Below, in pieces: positions 32,135-44,644 of a stretch of DNA of 64,000 nt (position 1 is its first letter; each line of letters begins with the position of its first letter). The translations under genes and the position numbers were made by a program. The DNA is from Macrostomum lignano (lineage: Eukaryota), in assembly GCA_002269645.1 (NCBI GenBank), contig NIVC01001771.1, positions 124,001-188,000 on the forward strand, given 5' to 3'. The notes under the pieces were generated by a model, which was given only the letters and a program-made list of their open reading frames with translations, was not told the DNA's origin and searched no databases.

Positions 32135-32895
32135 TATAAGCCTGAAGCTTCCTAAACCCGAAATTCTATAAGCCGGAAGCTTCCTAAACCCGAAATTCTA
32201 TAAGCCTGAAGCTTCCTAAACCCGAAATTCTACAAGCCGGAAGCTTCCTAAACCCGAAATTCTACAAGCCTGAAGCTTCCTAAACCCGAAATTCTACAAG
32301 CCGGAAGCTTTTTATTAGAGGCAGGGGGGTTGTGTGCACCCTGGCGCACTTTAAGCGACATCACAACCGGCGAGAGGCATTACTGCCCATTCCGCCGACT
32401 CCCCTGAGCAGGCATACAAGCGCGCGGATACGTACGCAGGCACACACTCACACAGGAGTGTACAGCGGCCCTAACTTTATATTATCGTTAGGCATGTACA
32501 CTTCACTGCGCCTTGGGGGTTGGCTCTCAAGGCCTTTAATTGCACGAGCAGAGCCAAGCCGAGATTCCAATTCAGCCCCAAATTAATGTGACTGCACTTG
32601 GAATCGAGCCTGGGTCGCTGGCACACCAGAGCAGCTGCGCTACCGCCCCCCTAAGCCGGAAGCTTCCTAAACCCGAAATTCTATAAGCCTGAGGTTTCCT
32701 AAACCCGAAATTCTATAAGCCGGAAGCTTCCTAAACCCGAAATTCTATAAGCCGGAAGCTTCCTAAACCCGAAATTCTACAAGCCGGAAGCTTCCTAAAC
32801 CCGAAATTCTATAAGCCGGAAGCTTCCTAAACCCGAAATTCTATAAGCCGGAAGCTTCCTAAACCCGAAATTCTACAAGCTGGAAGCTTCCTAAC
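32135..32895. repeat. 32-bp minisatellite interrupted by a SINE
   Basis: aagccggaagcttcctaaacccgaaattctat occurs on both sides of 32311-32652. Confidence 0.95.
32311..32652 (-). mobile_element. tRNA-derived SINE, copy 2, with 13-bp TSD
   Basis: Reverse complement of 3467-3810; TSD aagccggaagctt at 32298-32310 and 32653-32665. Confidence 0.9.
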
Positions 32896-33299
32896 CCGAG
32901 CTTGTAGGCCTGGAATTCGGAAGGTCATTAAGTACGAGCGTAATTATGAAATAATTTATGACGCAGTTAAATAAGCAGCAAGCAATGGCACCCCGCTCTC
33001 TTGAAAAAAGCAGCAAAATCCGAAGCGGCTTGCAATCACAGGTTTGATTGATATTATGAGGATTCATCACAGGAGGCTGTTTACCTCATCGTCTGTTTTA
33101 TCCACCTTCAAAGCCGCGGATTCCCGCTAATCTCCTGGCTAAGCTACTCTGTAAAAAGCCGTGACGCCCGTATCTATTACTGAGAGTGACGGACAGGCAG
33201 ATAGTCAGGACACCTGTCTGATGCAACTGGAATGACAGCATCTGCAGCATCTGATACTGGGTGACTGCAGGTAACCTTTGAGCAGGAGAGAACGTTAAA

Positions 33300-33490
33300 G
33301 GGTAGAAGAAAGGAAGAGAGGGAGACAGGGGAGAGGGAGACAAGGGAAGAGTGGAGAGAGGGAGAGAGGGAGACAGCGGGAGAGGCAGAGAGGGAGACAG
33401 GGGGAGAGGGGGAGAGGAGGAAATGAGGAGAGGGGAGGGAGAGTGAAGGAAGAAAAGGAGAAAAGGAGAAGAGAGAGAGAGAAAGGAAGA

Positions 33491-33549
<59 letters not shown>

Positions 33550-33572
33550 AAGAGAGAGAGAGAGAGAGAGAG

Positions 33573-33643
<71 letters not shown>

Positions 33644-33660
33644 GTGTGTGTGTGTGTGAG
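33300..33660. repeat. GA-rich tract, (GA)n and (GT)n microsatellites
   Basis: Direct inspection. Confidence 0.95.
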
Positions 33661-33981
33661 CAGAAGTCAGAGGCGGCACGCATGAGTAGCAAATTAATTC
33701 CGCCTTATCCAGCCTCAAAGACAGCTTATCATAGGGACTAATTGACACTAATTGAGCAGCTTACTTGGGATAAAATCCCAAAGTACTAATGGATGGCAGA
33801 CTTTTTCTTGTAAACACGCTCCCAAAAATGCTGACTTAATTGCGTAGATGGTCAATATTAGCTCGCATTTCATCAGTTTTTATTAAATTTCCCTAGCTCA
33901 AAATTAGCCTTTGATCTATGTGGAATGCTGAGATGCCAAGGGAAGAGTTACGGTTAGGGTTAGGGTTAGGGGGTTATGGTT

Positions 33982-34352
33982 TTTTTATTTTTTATTATAG
34001 AGGCAGGGGGGTTGTGTGCACCCTGGCGCACTTTAAGCGACATAGGCACACAACCGGCGAGAGGCATTACTGCCCATTCCGCCGACTCCCCTGAGCAGGT
34101 ACACAAGCGCACGGATACGTACGCAGGCACACACTCACACAGGAGTGTACAGCGGCCCTAGCTGTATTTATCGTTAGGCATGTACACTTCACTGCGCCTT
34201 GGGGGGTTGGCTCTCAAGGCCGTTAATTGCACGAGCAGAGCCAAGCCGAGATTCCAATTCAGCCCCAAATTAATGTGACTGCACTTGGAATCGAGCCTGG
34301 GTCGCTGGCACACCAGAGCCTGCGCTAGACCGCTGGTCTAAGGACCCCCTCA
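33982..34352 (-). mobile_element. tRNA-derived SINE, copy 3, with 11-bp TSD
   Basis: Same body as copies 1 and 2, with a longer A-rich tail. TSD gggttatggtt at 33971-33981 and 34353-34363. Confidence 0.9.
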
Positions 34353-34687
34353 GGGTTATGGTTACGATGAACGTAATGTTTCTAGGAGAGATTGCTTGCG
34401 AGGCCATGGGTGCGTTGCTGATAAATCAAGGCTCATTAAAAAAGCGATTCCTTCCTTCGGACCCTTCCCAGCGGGGGGTCGAGGATTGCCAGTTGGAATT
34501 CCTAAAATTGGAACGCCTTCAAAATCAGGCCGTTCGAGTCCGCGACTATGTCTATGGCCGAGACGGTGCCTCTCTCAATTATAGCTACAAAAGAGGATAG
34601 AGAGGAAAGAAGCAATGGATGCAGCAAAAAAACTAATCCAGCCGAAAGCAGTTTGGGAAAACAAGGAAGAAGCCGGCCGAAGAAGCA

Positions 34688-36100
34688 ATGCCACCAGGCC
34701 AGTCCAGCCCGAAACCGGCCAGCGCGGACGCCGCCCTACTCAGCGACGAGGTGAACGAATGGCGACTGGTCGACTCGGAGGAGGACGAGGACACAGCCAG
34801 CGCCTCCTCCGAACGACTCCCCGAGCAGCAGCCGCCGCTGCAGTCGGACAGCAACGCGGGCAACAGCGACCCGCCGGAGACGGTGGCCGGCCTGTTCAGC
34901 CGGCTGCACAATGCCGGACTCCAGCAGCGCTGCCTGCCGTCTGACTTCACCGTCCAGCTGATTGCTGGCGCACTGGCCACGGCCAAGTCCGTGCTGCTGG
35001 CCGAGCCCAACTGCCTGCAGCTGGCCGGCCCCATCGTGATGTTCGGAGATCTGCACGGCGAATTCCACTCGCTAGTGAAGCTGATCGAAGTGCTGGGCCG
35101 GCCGCCCGCTCGATCGTACTTGTTCCTCGGCGATTATGTCGACCGGGGACCGCTGTCGCTGGAGACTGTGCTCTACTTGCTGCTGCTCAAGGCGCTGCAC
35201 CCCCGCCACGTGTTTGTGCTGCGCGGCAACCACGAGGACCGGCGGATCTATCGGTACTTCAACTTCGAGGACGAGCTCATCGCTACATTCGGCCTGACAG
35301 CCGGGCAGAACCTCAGCAACTACTTCAACGAGACCTTCTGCTACTTGCCCGTGTGCGCGGTGGTCAACGGCGAGATCTTCTGCTGCCACGGCGGCCTGTC
35401 GCCATACTTCAACCATCCGCGCTTCGCCGCGTCCCAGGCCGAGCTGGTCAGGCGGATCAACGAGCCATCGAAGCCGCTGCACTTTCGCAAGTCCGATTTC
35501 ATCGCCGACCTGTTGTGGTCGGACGCGCTGGACATTGTGGCCGAGATGCCCAGCCCGGCCGTCTATCCAAGCACCGCGGAGGAGTGGATCGAGCAGCGGA
35601 ACGCAGTCAGCGACGCCCTGGGCACCATGCGGCCGACGGTGGCCACCTCCGCCGTGCCGACTGTCTCGCCGTCGCTCCGCCTATCGCAGATGCCGATGCT
35701 GGAGAGCGCGTCGAACGCCGACGGCCAGCAGGGCGTAGTCGAATGGATGCCGAACCCTCGCGGCTGCTCGTACGTCTTCACCAAGGCCGCCTGCTTCAAT
35801 TTCCTGCGCCGGCACCGCCTGAACTGGCTGATCCGTGCGCACATGTTCGTCATGAACGGCTGCAAGTTCAGCTTCGAAGGCCGCTGCGTCACGCTGTTCT
35901 CGGCGGCCGACTACGCGCAGCGCTACCGCAACACTGGCGCGGTGCTGCACATCCCCGGCAGCGCCTCGGACGGCACCAAATTCCCGGGCAGGACGCTGCG
36001 CTTCTGCAAGAAGAATCTGCTGCAGTGCGACAGCCGCTTGCCGGAAAACCCAGCCGATTGGCCGGAGGAAATTGCGGTCAAAAAGTCGCTGATCAGATAA
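34688..36100 (+). CDS. Intronless divergent PPP-family Ser/Thr phosphatase, PP1-like, 470 aa
   Basis: Motifs GDLHG, GDYVDRG, RGNHE, CHGG, LLWSD, NPRG, RAH and TLFSA..Y appear in PP1 order. GC-rich codons; AATAAA at 36155. Confidence 0.93.
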   Translation: MPPGQSSPKPASADAALLSDEVNEWRLVDSEEDEDTASASSERLPEQQPPLQSDSNAGNSDPPETVAGLFSRLHNAGLQQRCLPSDFTVQLIAGALATAKSVLLAEPNCLQLAGPIVMFGDLHGEFHSLVKLIEVLGRPPARSYLFLGDYVDRGPLSLETVLYLLLLKALHPRHVFVLRGNHEDRRIYRYFNFEDELIATFGLTAGQNLSNYFNETFCYLPVCAVVNGEIFCCHGGLSPYFNHPRFAASQAELVRRINEPSKPLHFRKSDFIADLLWSDALDIVAEMPSPAVYPSTAEEWIEQRNAVSDALGTMRPTVATSAVPTVSPSLRLSQMPMLESASNADGQQGVVEWMPNPRGCSYVFTKAACFNFLRRHRLNWLIRAHMFVMNGCKFSFEGRCVTLFSAADYAQRYRNTGAVLHIPGSASDGTKFPGRTLRFCKKNLLQCDSRLPENPADWPEEIAVKKSLIR

Positions 36101-36349
36101 GCACTCCAGCCAGAACTATATAGATCGATAGTTTTCATTGCGTTTTCGATTTTGAATAAAAAGAATAAAAAGAAATAATTACGTTTGACAAATGCCAGAC
36201 TAACTACTAGTGCGCAGTAGTGCGCCAAAACAATTCTATCAGGGGGAGACCAAGGAAGATTTTTCTTGGCGCCGTCTTCTTTTTAACATATTCTGTCTTG
36301 ACAGTTGCTTTTTCCAGAATTGGTTGCAAGTGAATGCGGGATACAGTTG

Positions 36350-36665
36350 GGGTAGAGGGAGAGAAACGAGGAGACAGGGGAGAGACGATAGCGGGTAAAA
36401 AGGGGAGAGTGAGAAGAGAGAGGAGAGACAGGAGAGAGAGGATCGAGAGGATCGAGAGGAGAGAGAGGAGAGAGGAGAGAGGAGAGAGGAGAGAGGAGAG
36501 AGGAGAGCGAGAAGAGAGGTAAAAAGGGGAGAGAGGACAGAGAGAGGAGAGAGAGAAGAGAGAGGTGAAAAGGGGAGAGATAGGAGAGAGCGGGGAGAGA
36601 GGGGAGAGGGGAGAATAAAGAGAAGGAGAGGGGAGAGGTTAGATGGGAGAGGAAGAGAACGAGAG
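36350..36665. repeat. Purine-rich (GGAGA-like) low-complexity tract
   Basis: Direct inspection. Confidence 0.85.
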
Positions 36666-37193
36666 AACCGAGCGTCCTTCATTTTTCAATCCAAATGAAC
36701 TCACAGCTAATAATACGAATTTAATGTCAATCAAAGCTCAACTGCACTAGCTATGAGCCTTGCAATACGATACCCAGAGGATTAAAAGATCAAAAGATTA
36801 AAATCGACCCTGGGAAATCATTTGAAAGAAACTGGTGTCACTTGCATCAGTACATCATTATAAATTATCGAGACTTGCGCAGACGCCTGCTTCTGTTCCT
36901 TTGCTGATGGAGATGCAGCCAGCCAGCCGCTGTCAGATCCAGTTGGATATTCGATACTGACACCAGGCTGCCCGGCAATCAGGAATCAGTTCTAATAAGG
37001 AATTGCATTGCCCTTCGCATTGGTCCTCCCCCCCCCCGCGGTGCACCTCGAGAAGCCCGGGAGGGCCAATAGACGGGCCGCGCATTCGGGCTGAACAAAG
37101 CTAGAAAGCGATAAATACATGTAGCTAACAGCTAGCGGCGGTCTCTCATGCAGACTCTTTGAAATCCCATCGGCAAAAACAATTCCTAGAAAG

Positions 37194-39521
37194 ATGCAGA
37201 AGCACCTCGCCCAGGCTCTGACAGCTGGAATTATCGCCGCCAAGATTCTCATCATGGCGGTGGGGCTGCTGGGCAACCTGCTTGTGATACTCGTGATCGT
37301 GAACACTAGGCGGCTTCACACCAGGGTGTACGCGCTGCTGGTGAACCTGGCCGCTGCCGACCTCCTCTCCCTGCTGATCTGCGTGCCGCACAGCATCCTG
37401 CAGGAGTTCAAGGAGGTCTACAAGCCCGACCTGCTGTGTGAGTGCTTGCTCAGTGCAACTCCAAAAGCATTAACAATCTTAAATCAATTATCAACCACAT
37501 GCTTTAACAACGAAACTTTGAATCCCACATCATAAATACCAGTCCCAACTCCGAAATCTCGAATCCCAACTCCAGAGTAACCAACTAACTCTGAAATCCT
37601 GAATTGAAAGCCTCAAATCTGAAATCCCAAACCCGAAACCTGAATCGCAAATCCCAAATCCAAAACACCAAATCTCAAATTCCAAACCCCAAATCCCAAA
37701 TCCCAAATCCCAAATCCCAAATCCCAAATCCCAAATCCCAAATCCCAAATCCCAAATCCCAAATCCCAAATCCCAAATCCCAAATCCCAAATCCCAAATC
37801 CCAAATCCCAAATCCCAAATCCCAAATCCCAAATCCCAAATCCCAAATCCCAAATCCCAACTCCCAAACCCATACCCCAAATCCAAATCCAAAACCCCTA
37901 ATCTCAAATTCCAAACCACAAATCCCAAATCCCAAATCCCAAACCTCAAATCCCAAATCCGAACCCCAAAATCTCAAATCCCAAATCCAATATCTAAATC
38001 CTAAATCCCCAATCCCAAATCTCACATCCCAAATCCCAAACCCTAAACCCCAAATCCCGAATCGTAAACGGCAAGTCTCAACAATAAGAAGCCAGAAGAA
38101 ATCCAGTCTCAGGCATCCCAACCCACAATCCCAAATCCATACCCCAAATTGAAATCCAAAACACCAATCTCACATCCCAAATCCCAAACCCCAAATCCCA
38201 AATCCCAACCCCAAAATCTCAAATCCCAAATCCAATATCTAAATCCTAAATCCCAAATCCCAAATCTCACATCCCAAATCCCAAACCCTAAACCCCAAAT
38301 CCCGAATCGTAAACGGCAAGTCCCAAAAATAAGAAGCCAGAAGAAATCCAGTCTCAGGCATCCCAACCCTCCTTGAAACAACAAACCGCAGGCCAGCTGG
38401 CTTACGGATTTGAGCACCTGTTTACCATGGCCTCCAGCCTGACCATCGCCGTGATCGCCCTAGAGCGCCTGGTGGTGATCTGGATGCCGCTGCGCGGTCC
38501 CACCCTGCTGGGCCGGGCCAGCCTCCGAGCTGCCGTCATGCTGGGCCTCTGGCTGCTGTCGCTGCTGGTCACGCTGCCGTTCTTCATCCGCGCCAACGCC
38601 AAGCACCTGCCGATCCCAGACAGAGCGGCAGGCAATTCCAGCTCCGGAGCTGGCCGCTGGTCGCACGTGTGCGGCATGCCGCAGTCGCCGGTGAATCCCA
38701 ACGCCACGGATGAGGACAAGCGGCTGGTGAGCATCCTCGGCCTGCCGCCGGAGACCTTCTACATTATTAACACCTGCCTGGAGCTGTACCTGCCCATGCA
38801 GCTCATCGTGCTGCTCTACTCCGCCATCTTCTACAAACTTCTCCGCTCATTCCGTCGCCTGGGAGGCGAGGAGGCTGAGGACAAGCCTCATCGCAGGCAT
38901 CGGCAGCAGCGGCATCATCATTTCCGACAGGAGGAGGAGATCCAACTGCAGGACCGGCGGCCTCAGCGGCCTCAGCAGCCGCCGAGAACAACCTGCCGAG
39001 TGAACAGCGGCGCCCTCATCGAACGGAAACGGGTGGTGTACTTCAGCCTGATGGTGGCCATCGTGTACTTTCTCGCCGTGGCGCCGTACCGCAGTCTGGC
39101 CCTGTGCCTGGCGCACAGGAGCTGCTTTCACAGCCTGCTGGCTGGGCTGGGGCAGGCCGGTCTGTACGTCACCGCGCAATGCCTGTCAATTTTGCTGTAC
39201 GCCAACCACTGCCTGAACCCGGTGCTGTACAACCTGGCCTCCCGCCGATTCCGCCGGGCCACCGGCCACCTCCTGCGTCGCTGCTGCGCTGTCGGCGGCG
39301 GCGATGCTCGAGGCGTCGGCAGAGGCGGTGTCGGCGGAGGCGGCGGAGGCGGCGGCGCATTGGCTAACAGGGGACGGCTTGGCGGCGCCGGCGGGGCCGC
39401 CTGCGGCGGAATCGGCAACGGCTGCGGCGACGGCGCCGGGATGGAGACGCGGACGCTGAGGGCGACAACTCGACGGACGAAGTTCAAATCCAGAAGCAAC
39501 AACTGCGAGCTGCAGGTGTAA
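37194..39521 (+). CDS. Class A peptide-type GPCR (GHSR/TRH/ETH-receptor-like features), ~457 aa; exons 37194-37437 and 38392-39521
   Basis: TM1 GNLLV, TM2 NLAAADLL, TM3 ALERL, TM7 NHCLNPVLYN and helix 8 SRRFR. The phase-1 join T|GC creates the conserved TM3 Cys. The N-terminus may extend upstream through an acceptor near 37150. Confidence 0.9.
37600..38370. repeat. (cccaaat)n 7-bp array plus a duplicated degenerate block filling the GPCR intron
   Basis: Pure array at ~37690-37860; the block near 37960-38125 is repeated near 38215-38370. Confidence 0.95.
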
Positions 39522-39589
39522 ATTGGAGAGCTGGGACCGGAATGGCTGACACCTGATCAGACATGGGCAATTTTTCGCCTCTCAACTCT

Positions 39590-39925
39590 CTAGACATCCT
39601 CTCAGACACCTCTTTAACACCTCTGCAGACGCATCTACAGGTATCTGCAGACACATCTACAGGCACATCTACAGACACATCTACAGATACATCTACAGAC
39701 ACATCTACAGGCATCTGCAGACAGATCTACAGACACATCTACAGACACATCTACGGACACATCTACAGACACATTTACAGACACATCTACAGACACATCT
39801 ACAGACATCTACGGACACATCTACAGACACATTTACAGACACATCTACAGACACATCTACAGACACATCTACAGATACATCTAAAAACACATCTACAGAC
39901 ACATCTACAGACACATCTATAGACG
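39590..39925. repeat. 12-bp minisatellite (acacatctacag)n
   Basis: Direct inspection. Confidence 0.95.
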
Positions 39926-40731
39926 CCTGTGCGAATGTCGCTTCGAAAACTTTCAGAAACTTTAAAGACTTCTTATGAGATGAATTTAAAGAGAATTGTA
40001 ATTCTCCCTCCGTAAGGACGCCTCTCGCCAGCTGCCTAAAGACACCTGTAAAGACATCACTCAGACGCCTCTGAAGACACTTTTCTTAAACTTTTTAATT
40101 TTGAACTTACTCTTTTAGCGGATTAAAACTGTCTTTTAATTTGTCATTGTGACCTCGCACCTGCTAAATCAGTTTAAAAATGCACAATCATTAAAACGAA
40201 TCTTTAGTCTCAGCAAATTAAGCATTCCTTTACATCTGCGCCCGTTCTCTATAGACAATCATTTTAACAAACTGAAATTTGAATTATTTTGCGATGCAAT
40301 AAAACAACCAATTAACTGACAATAGGCAATAAAATTATAAAGCTTGGTCTCGTCTCAATGAAAATTTTACCGTGTAATACTAGAACAAAAATACTTGATG
40401 GGTTATATAGCAAGTACGAGGATTATGTACGTAGTATTATCTACCTAACTTACAGTGTACCACTGGACAGAACCATTGTCCGGTGTTTATCTCTGGTTCA
40501 TGCCGGACGGCAGTCTAAACTAATGCTTGGCGACGCTAATATGGATCACCTTTACAGGGCGCACAGCCACCGCTCTGCCTAGTGAAAATGCCTTTCATCC
40601 ATATTCGCGTTTTCCTGCCCCCCTTGCTTTTTGTCCGACAGGTCTGTTAACAAAATGCCCGCAGACTTGGAAGTTGCAACTGCTTCTTCACTCGCCAAGC
40701 CGCCCTAAAGTAAATGATTGCGTGCGGATAA

Positions 40732-41058
40732 ACGGGGCATTCAGGCTTAGATACTCGCCCATAGCAACGGGGCATTCGGGCTTAGATACTCGCCCATAGC
40801 AACGGGGCATTCAGGCTTAGATACTCGACCATAGCAACGGGGCATTCGGGCTTAGATACTCGACCATAGCAACGGGGCATTCGGGCTTAGATACTCGCCC
40901 ATAGCAACGGGGCATTCAGGCTTAGATACTCGACCATAGCAACGGGGCATTCGGGCTTAGATACTCGACCATAGCAACGGGGCATTCGGGCTTAGATACT
41001 CGACCATAGCAACGGGGCATTCGGGCTTAGATACTCACCCATAGCAACGGGGCATTCG
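40732..41058. repeat. 35-bp minisatellite
   Basis: ggggcattcgggcttagatactcgaccatagcaac, ~9 copies. Confidence 0.97.
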
Positions 41059-41329
41059 CGTGTAAACTGAAGTAAAGTAGAAGCACGGTACATTTGATTT
41101 TCTTAGAAATGACCTGGGGGCGGAAGGAAAAGAGAAATCGGATTTCTCTAACGTGGTTCATTGTCGATCGAATTTGTCTATGGCAAAACCCAATATAGCG
41201 CTATGCGTTCTCTTGTATAGAGTATGAAATGCAATAGCGATACGACAAATGTACTTTCCTTACCGGCCCCAGCTCGTTTCTAAAATAATTGGGTGCGTTC
41301 GCGTCCTTCTAGATACCTATGTTACCTAT

Positions 41330-41560
41330 ACGTGCATAGCAACGAAGTATTCACGCATAGCAACGCAACATTCACGCATAGCAACAAAAAATTCACGCAT
41401 AGCAACGCTAAGTTCGTGCATAGCAACGAAACATTCACGCATAGAAACGAAACAGTCACGAATAGCGACAAAACATTCACGCATAGCAACGAAACATTCA
41501 CGCATAGCAACAAAACATTCACGCATAGCAACGCATAGCAACGCAGCATTCACGCATAGT
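41330..41560. repeat. 21-bp minisatellite (cattcacgcatagcaacgaaa)n
   Basis: ~10 degenerate copies. Confidence 0.9.
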
Positions 41561-42161
41561 TCGCGCATGTCAGCATTCGAGAACTCTAATTATTAGTCAT
41601 TTCTAATGCAGCAGATGAAGCCAAAAAAATTCACTAGCATCCCTTTTCGCACACATCACGCCTTGACCAAACGAGGGCAGCTTAAAAGTTCGACCAAGCT
41701 CGGATGAATATTATCCGTCGAACAAAATTGAAGTAGGCGCCGCCGCCACTTTCCAAATTTGGCAGGCGGGCGGAGCTGCCGAGTCTCGCCATAGCTCCCT
41801 CATACCCACTCCTGAGTTCGCAGTGTCGCGGCTTCATCAACTCGGCAGCTTCCTCCCGCAGGAAATGGAACGTCCCTAGCTAGAAGAGTCTGGACAAACA
41901 AGAACGGCAGCTGATGGATTGGATGCTGAGAGTTCCGCATGGCAGCCAGAGGATGAGATGCCTTCACTGGGGCTGTGTTCAGTAGGGAAACAAAGTCCCT
42001 GAGCATAGAGGCAAAAAAGCCAGATGAGATGGGCATTCTGTATTATTTGACGACAAACACGTGCTGCAGGCGAGGCAATTAGGCTAATATCCAGTTGTGA
42101 GCGAGCCAGTGAAAGCTTATTAACCTGGCTCTCCGCTGATGTGCATGTCACGTGAAAGGCA

Positions 42162-42852
42162 CCAGTTGGGGAGAATCTGCTGCAGTCAGTTGGGGAGAAT
42201 CTGCCGCAGTCAGTTGGGGAGAATCTGCCGCAGTCAGTTGGGGAGAATCTGCCGCAGTCAGTTGGGGAGAATCTGCCACAGTCAGTTGGGGAGAATCTGC
42301 CGCAGTCAGTTGGGGAGAATCTGCCACAGTCAGTTGGGGAGAATCTGCCGCAGTCAGTTGGGGAGAATCTGCCGCAGTCAGTTGGGGAGAATCTGCCACA
42401 GTCAGTTGGGGATAATCTACTATCTGCCGCAGTCAGTTGGGGAGAATCTGCCGCAGTCAGTTAAAGAGAATCTGCCGCAGTCAGTTGGGGAGAATCTGCT
42501 ATCTGCCGCAGTCAGTTAGGGAGAATCTGCCACAGTCAGTTGGGGAGAATCTGCTATCTGCCGCAGTCAGTTAGGGAGAATCTGCCACAGTCAGTTGGGG
42601 AGAATCTGCTATCTGCCGCAGTCAGTTGGGGAGAATCTGCCGCAGTCAGTTGGGGAGAATCTGCCGCAGTCAGTTGGGGAGAATCTGCCACAGTCAGTTG
42701 GGGAGAATCTGCTATCTGCCGCAGTCAGTTGGGGAGAATCTGCCGCAGTCAGTTGGGGAGAATCTGCCGCAGTCAGTTGGGGAGAATCTGCCGCAGTCAG
42801 TTGGGGAGAATCTGCCGCAGTCAGTTGGGGAGAATCTGCCGCAGTCAGTTGG
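42162..42852. repeat. 24-bp minisatellite (cagtcagttggggagaatctgccg)n
   Basis: ~27 copies, some carrying a ctatctg insert. Confidence 0.97.
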
Positions 42853-43449
42853 AGACTAAAGCAGTTAAAAGAAGTACTGGGTTATGCAAACATTAAATTT
42901 TGAATACCCTTTCACGTACGCCAGAACGAGTCCATAGCACAGCTTTGCTATGATAATCGCAAACAGCGGAGCCTCCAAAACTCCAAAACAATACAGCTGT
43001 GTTTGCTGTTGCCAAGGCCTCTGGGGGGATTGCCAGTTTTTATGGGATTCGGCGGCGGGCATGAGAGCGGGGGTTAGGCAATATTACTGCTGGGTTTAAT
43101 TGAGAGATTGGAAGAAGATATACCATAGGAACTGTGCATTCATTATTGCCTCGCCCTATCTTCTGAGCGCCAAGCAACCAGTGGGTGCACCTATATCAGG
43201 GATTAGTTGCTGGGAACACCGCCGTCCCACGCTGATCTAATGCTGCATGCACTGGCTGATATCGAGTTGCGGGGTGGGGGCGGAGGGCGTAAGCCGCCCA
43301 AGGACTTCTAGTCAGGGAGTACTATAATATTTTGTATGGACTAGAATACAATAGATCAGTTTGAAATTAGTTCATAATTAAAACTTAACGAGAAATGACA
43401 CATTTGAGGAAAGGAAAGGAAGAAATATGAGGGCGAGACTTTGACACAG

Positions 43450-43835
43450 AAAGAGGCAGAGAGATGGGAGAGAGGCAGAGAGATGGGAGAGAGGCAGAGA
43501 GATGGGAGAGAGGCAGAGAGATGGGAGAGAGGCAGAGAGATGGGGAGAGAGGCAGAGAGATGGGGAGAGAGGCAGAGAGATGGGGAGAGAGGCAGAAAGA
43601 TGGGAGAGAGGCAGAGATGGGAGAGAGGCAGAGAGATGGGAGAGAGGCAGAGAGATGGGAGAGAGGCAGAGAGATGGGAGAGAGGCAGAGAGATGGGAGA
43701 GAGGCAGAGAGATGGGAGAGAGGCAGAGAGATGGGAGAGAGGCAGAGAGATGGGAGAGAGGCAGAGAGATGGGGAGAGAGGCAGAAAGATGGGAGAGAGG
43801 CAGAGATGGGAGAGAGGCAGAAAGATGGGGAGCTA
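43450..43835. repeat. 19-bp GA-rich minisatellite (gagagatgggagagaggca)n
   Basis: Direct inspection. Confidence 0.95.
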
Positions 43836-44644
43836 GAGATGCCACTTTCACAATACCTAACTTTCACATGGGCAACAAGTGCTAAGCCATCACTTTCATA
43901 ATCCAGGTCTTGTGAAATCCTCCGTCACCCTTCTGTTTCTCTGTGGGACTGTTAATCCTTAATCGCATTGCAGATAAGCAAAGGCCTATAAAACTCCGAC
44001 GCACGCTTTTGGAAATCGCTGAGGAGGAACGGAGGCTCAGCCACTCAGTCAAATTGTGCCATTAATGGCAATGCATTACCTGCCGCGTTCTGAGGGGTTT
44101 TAGGGAAGATTTTCCCCAATCTAGGCCCCTATAGACGGCCAGGTGAGTCCACTGCAATTTGGGCAGACTGCAATGATTAGCAGACTCAAGTTTGAGACAC
44201 GCCAGGCCCTCTGACTATCATTCAACTCCGGCTTGTATTTGCCCGATCGTGATGTTTCTCAGCATTGATTTTCCAGCTTGCAGAGTTGCACGCGGTTCTG
44301 AGCTTCGTTTTATTGCAGGCAGCAAAGACTGGGCAGCGCGGCCTTCTGCTTCGGCTGTCCATGTGAAAGCCGTATACTCGTAGAAAGGTATATGCCGTCT
44401 AATGACAGGTTTAGAATCGCATTAGTCGATATTTATTTGTACCAATAGTGCTTAGCAGGCGGTTGATGACGGATTAATTAGTGATGGATTATTGTATAAT
44501 TTTAGCCCATAGCAACATGGGAAACTGTTACTCGCCTTTTGGAAATGTGGCTGTATTTGATTGATTATAACTGGGTTGAGTGGAATAAAATTATTAGCAT
44601 GCCTACTGATACATGTAGAATTCTGCGTGATTAACAACGCAGCT

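Noticed and set aside
34633-35950. Antisense and alternate-frame ORFs over the phosphatase (and similarly over the GPCR and Dab exons)
   Set aside because: Expected shadows of GC-rich coding sequence; no recognisable motifs.
43090-43230. Faint Penelope-like RT motif (KQPVGAPISG)
   Set aside because: One short motif with no YxDD or continuous frame; not distinguishable from chance.
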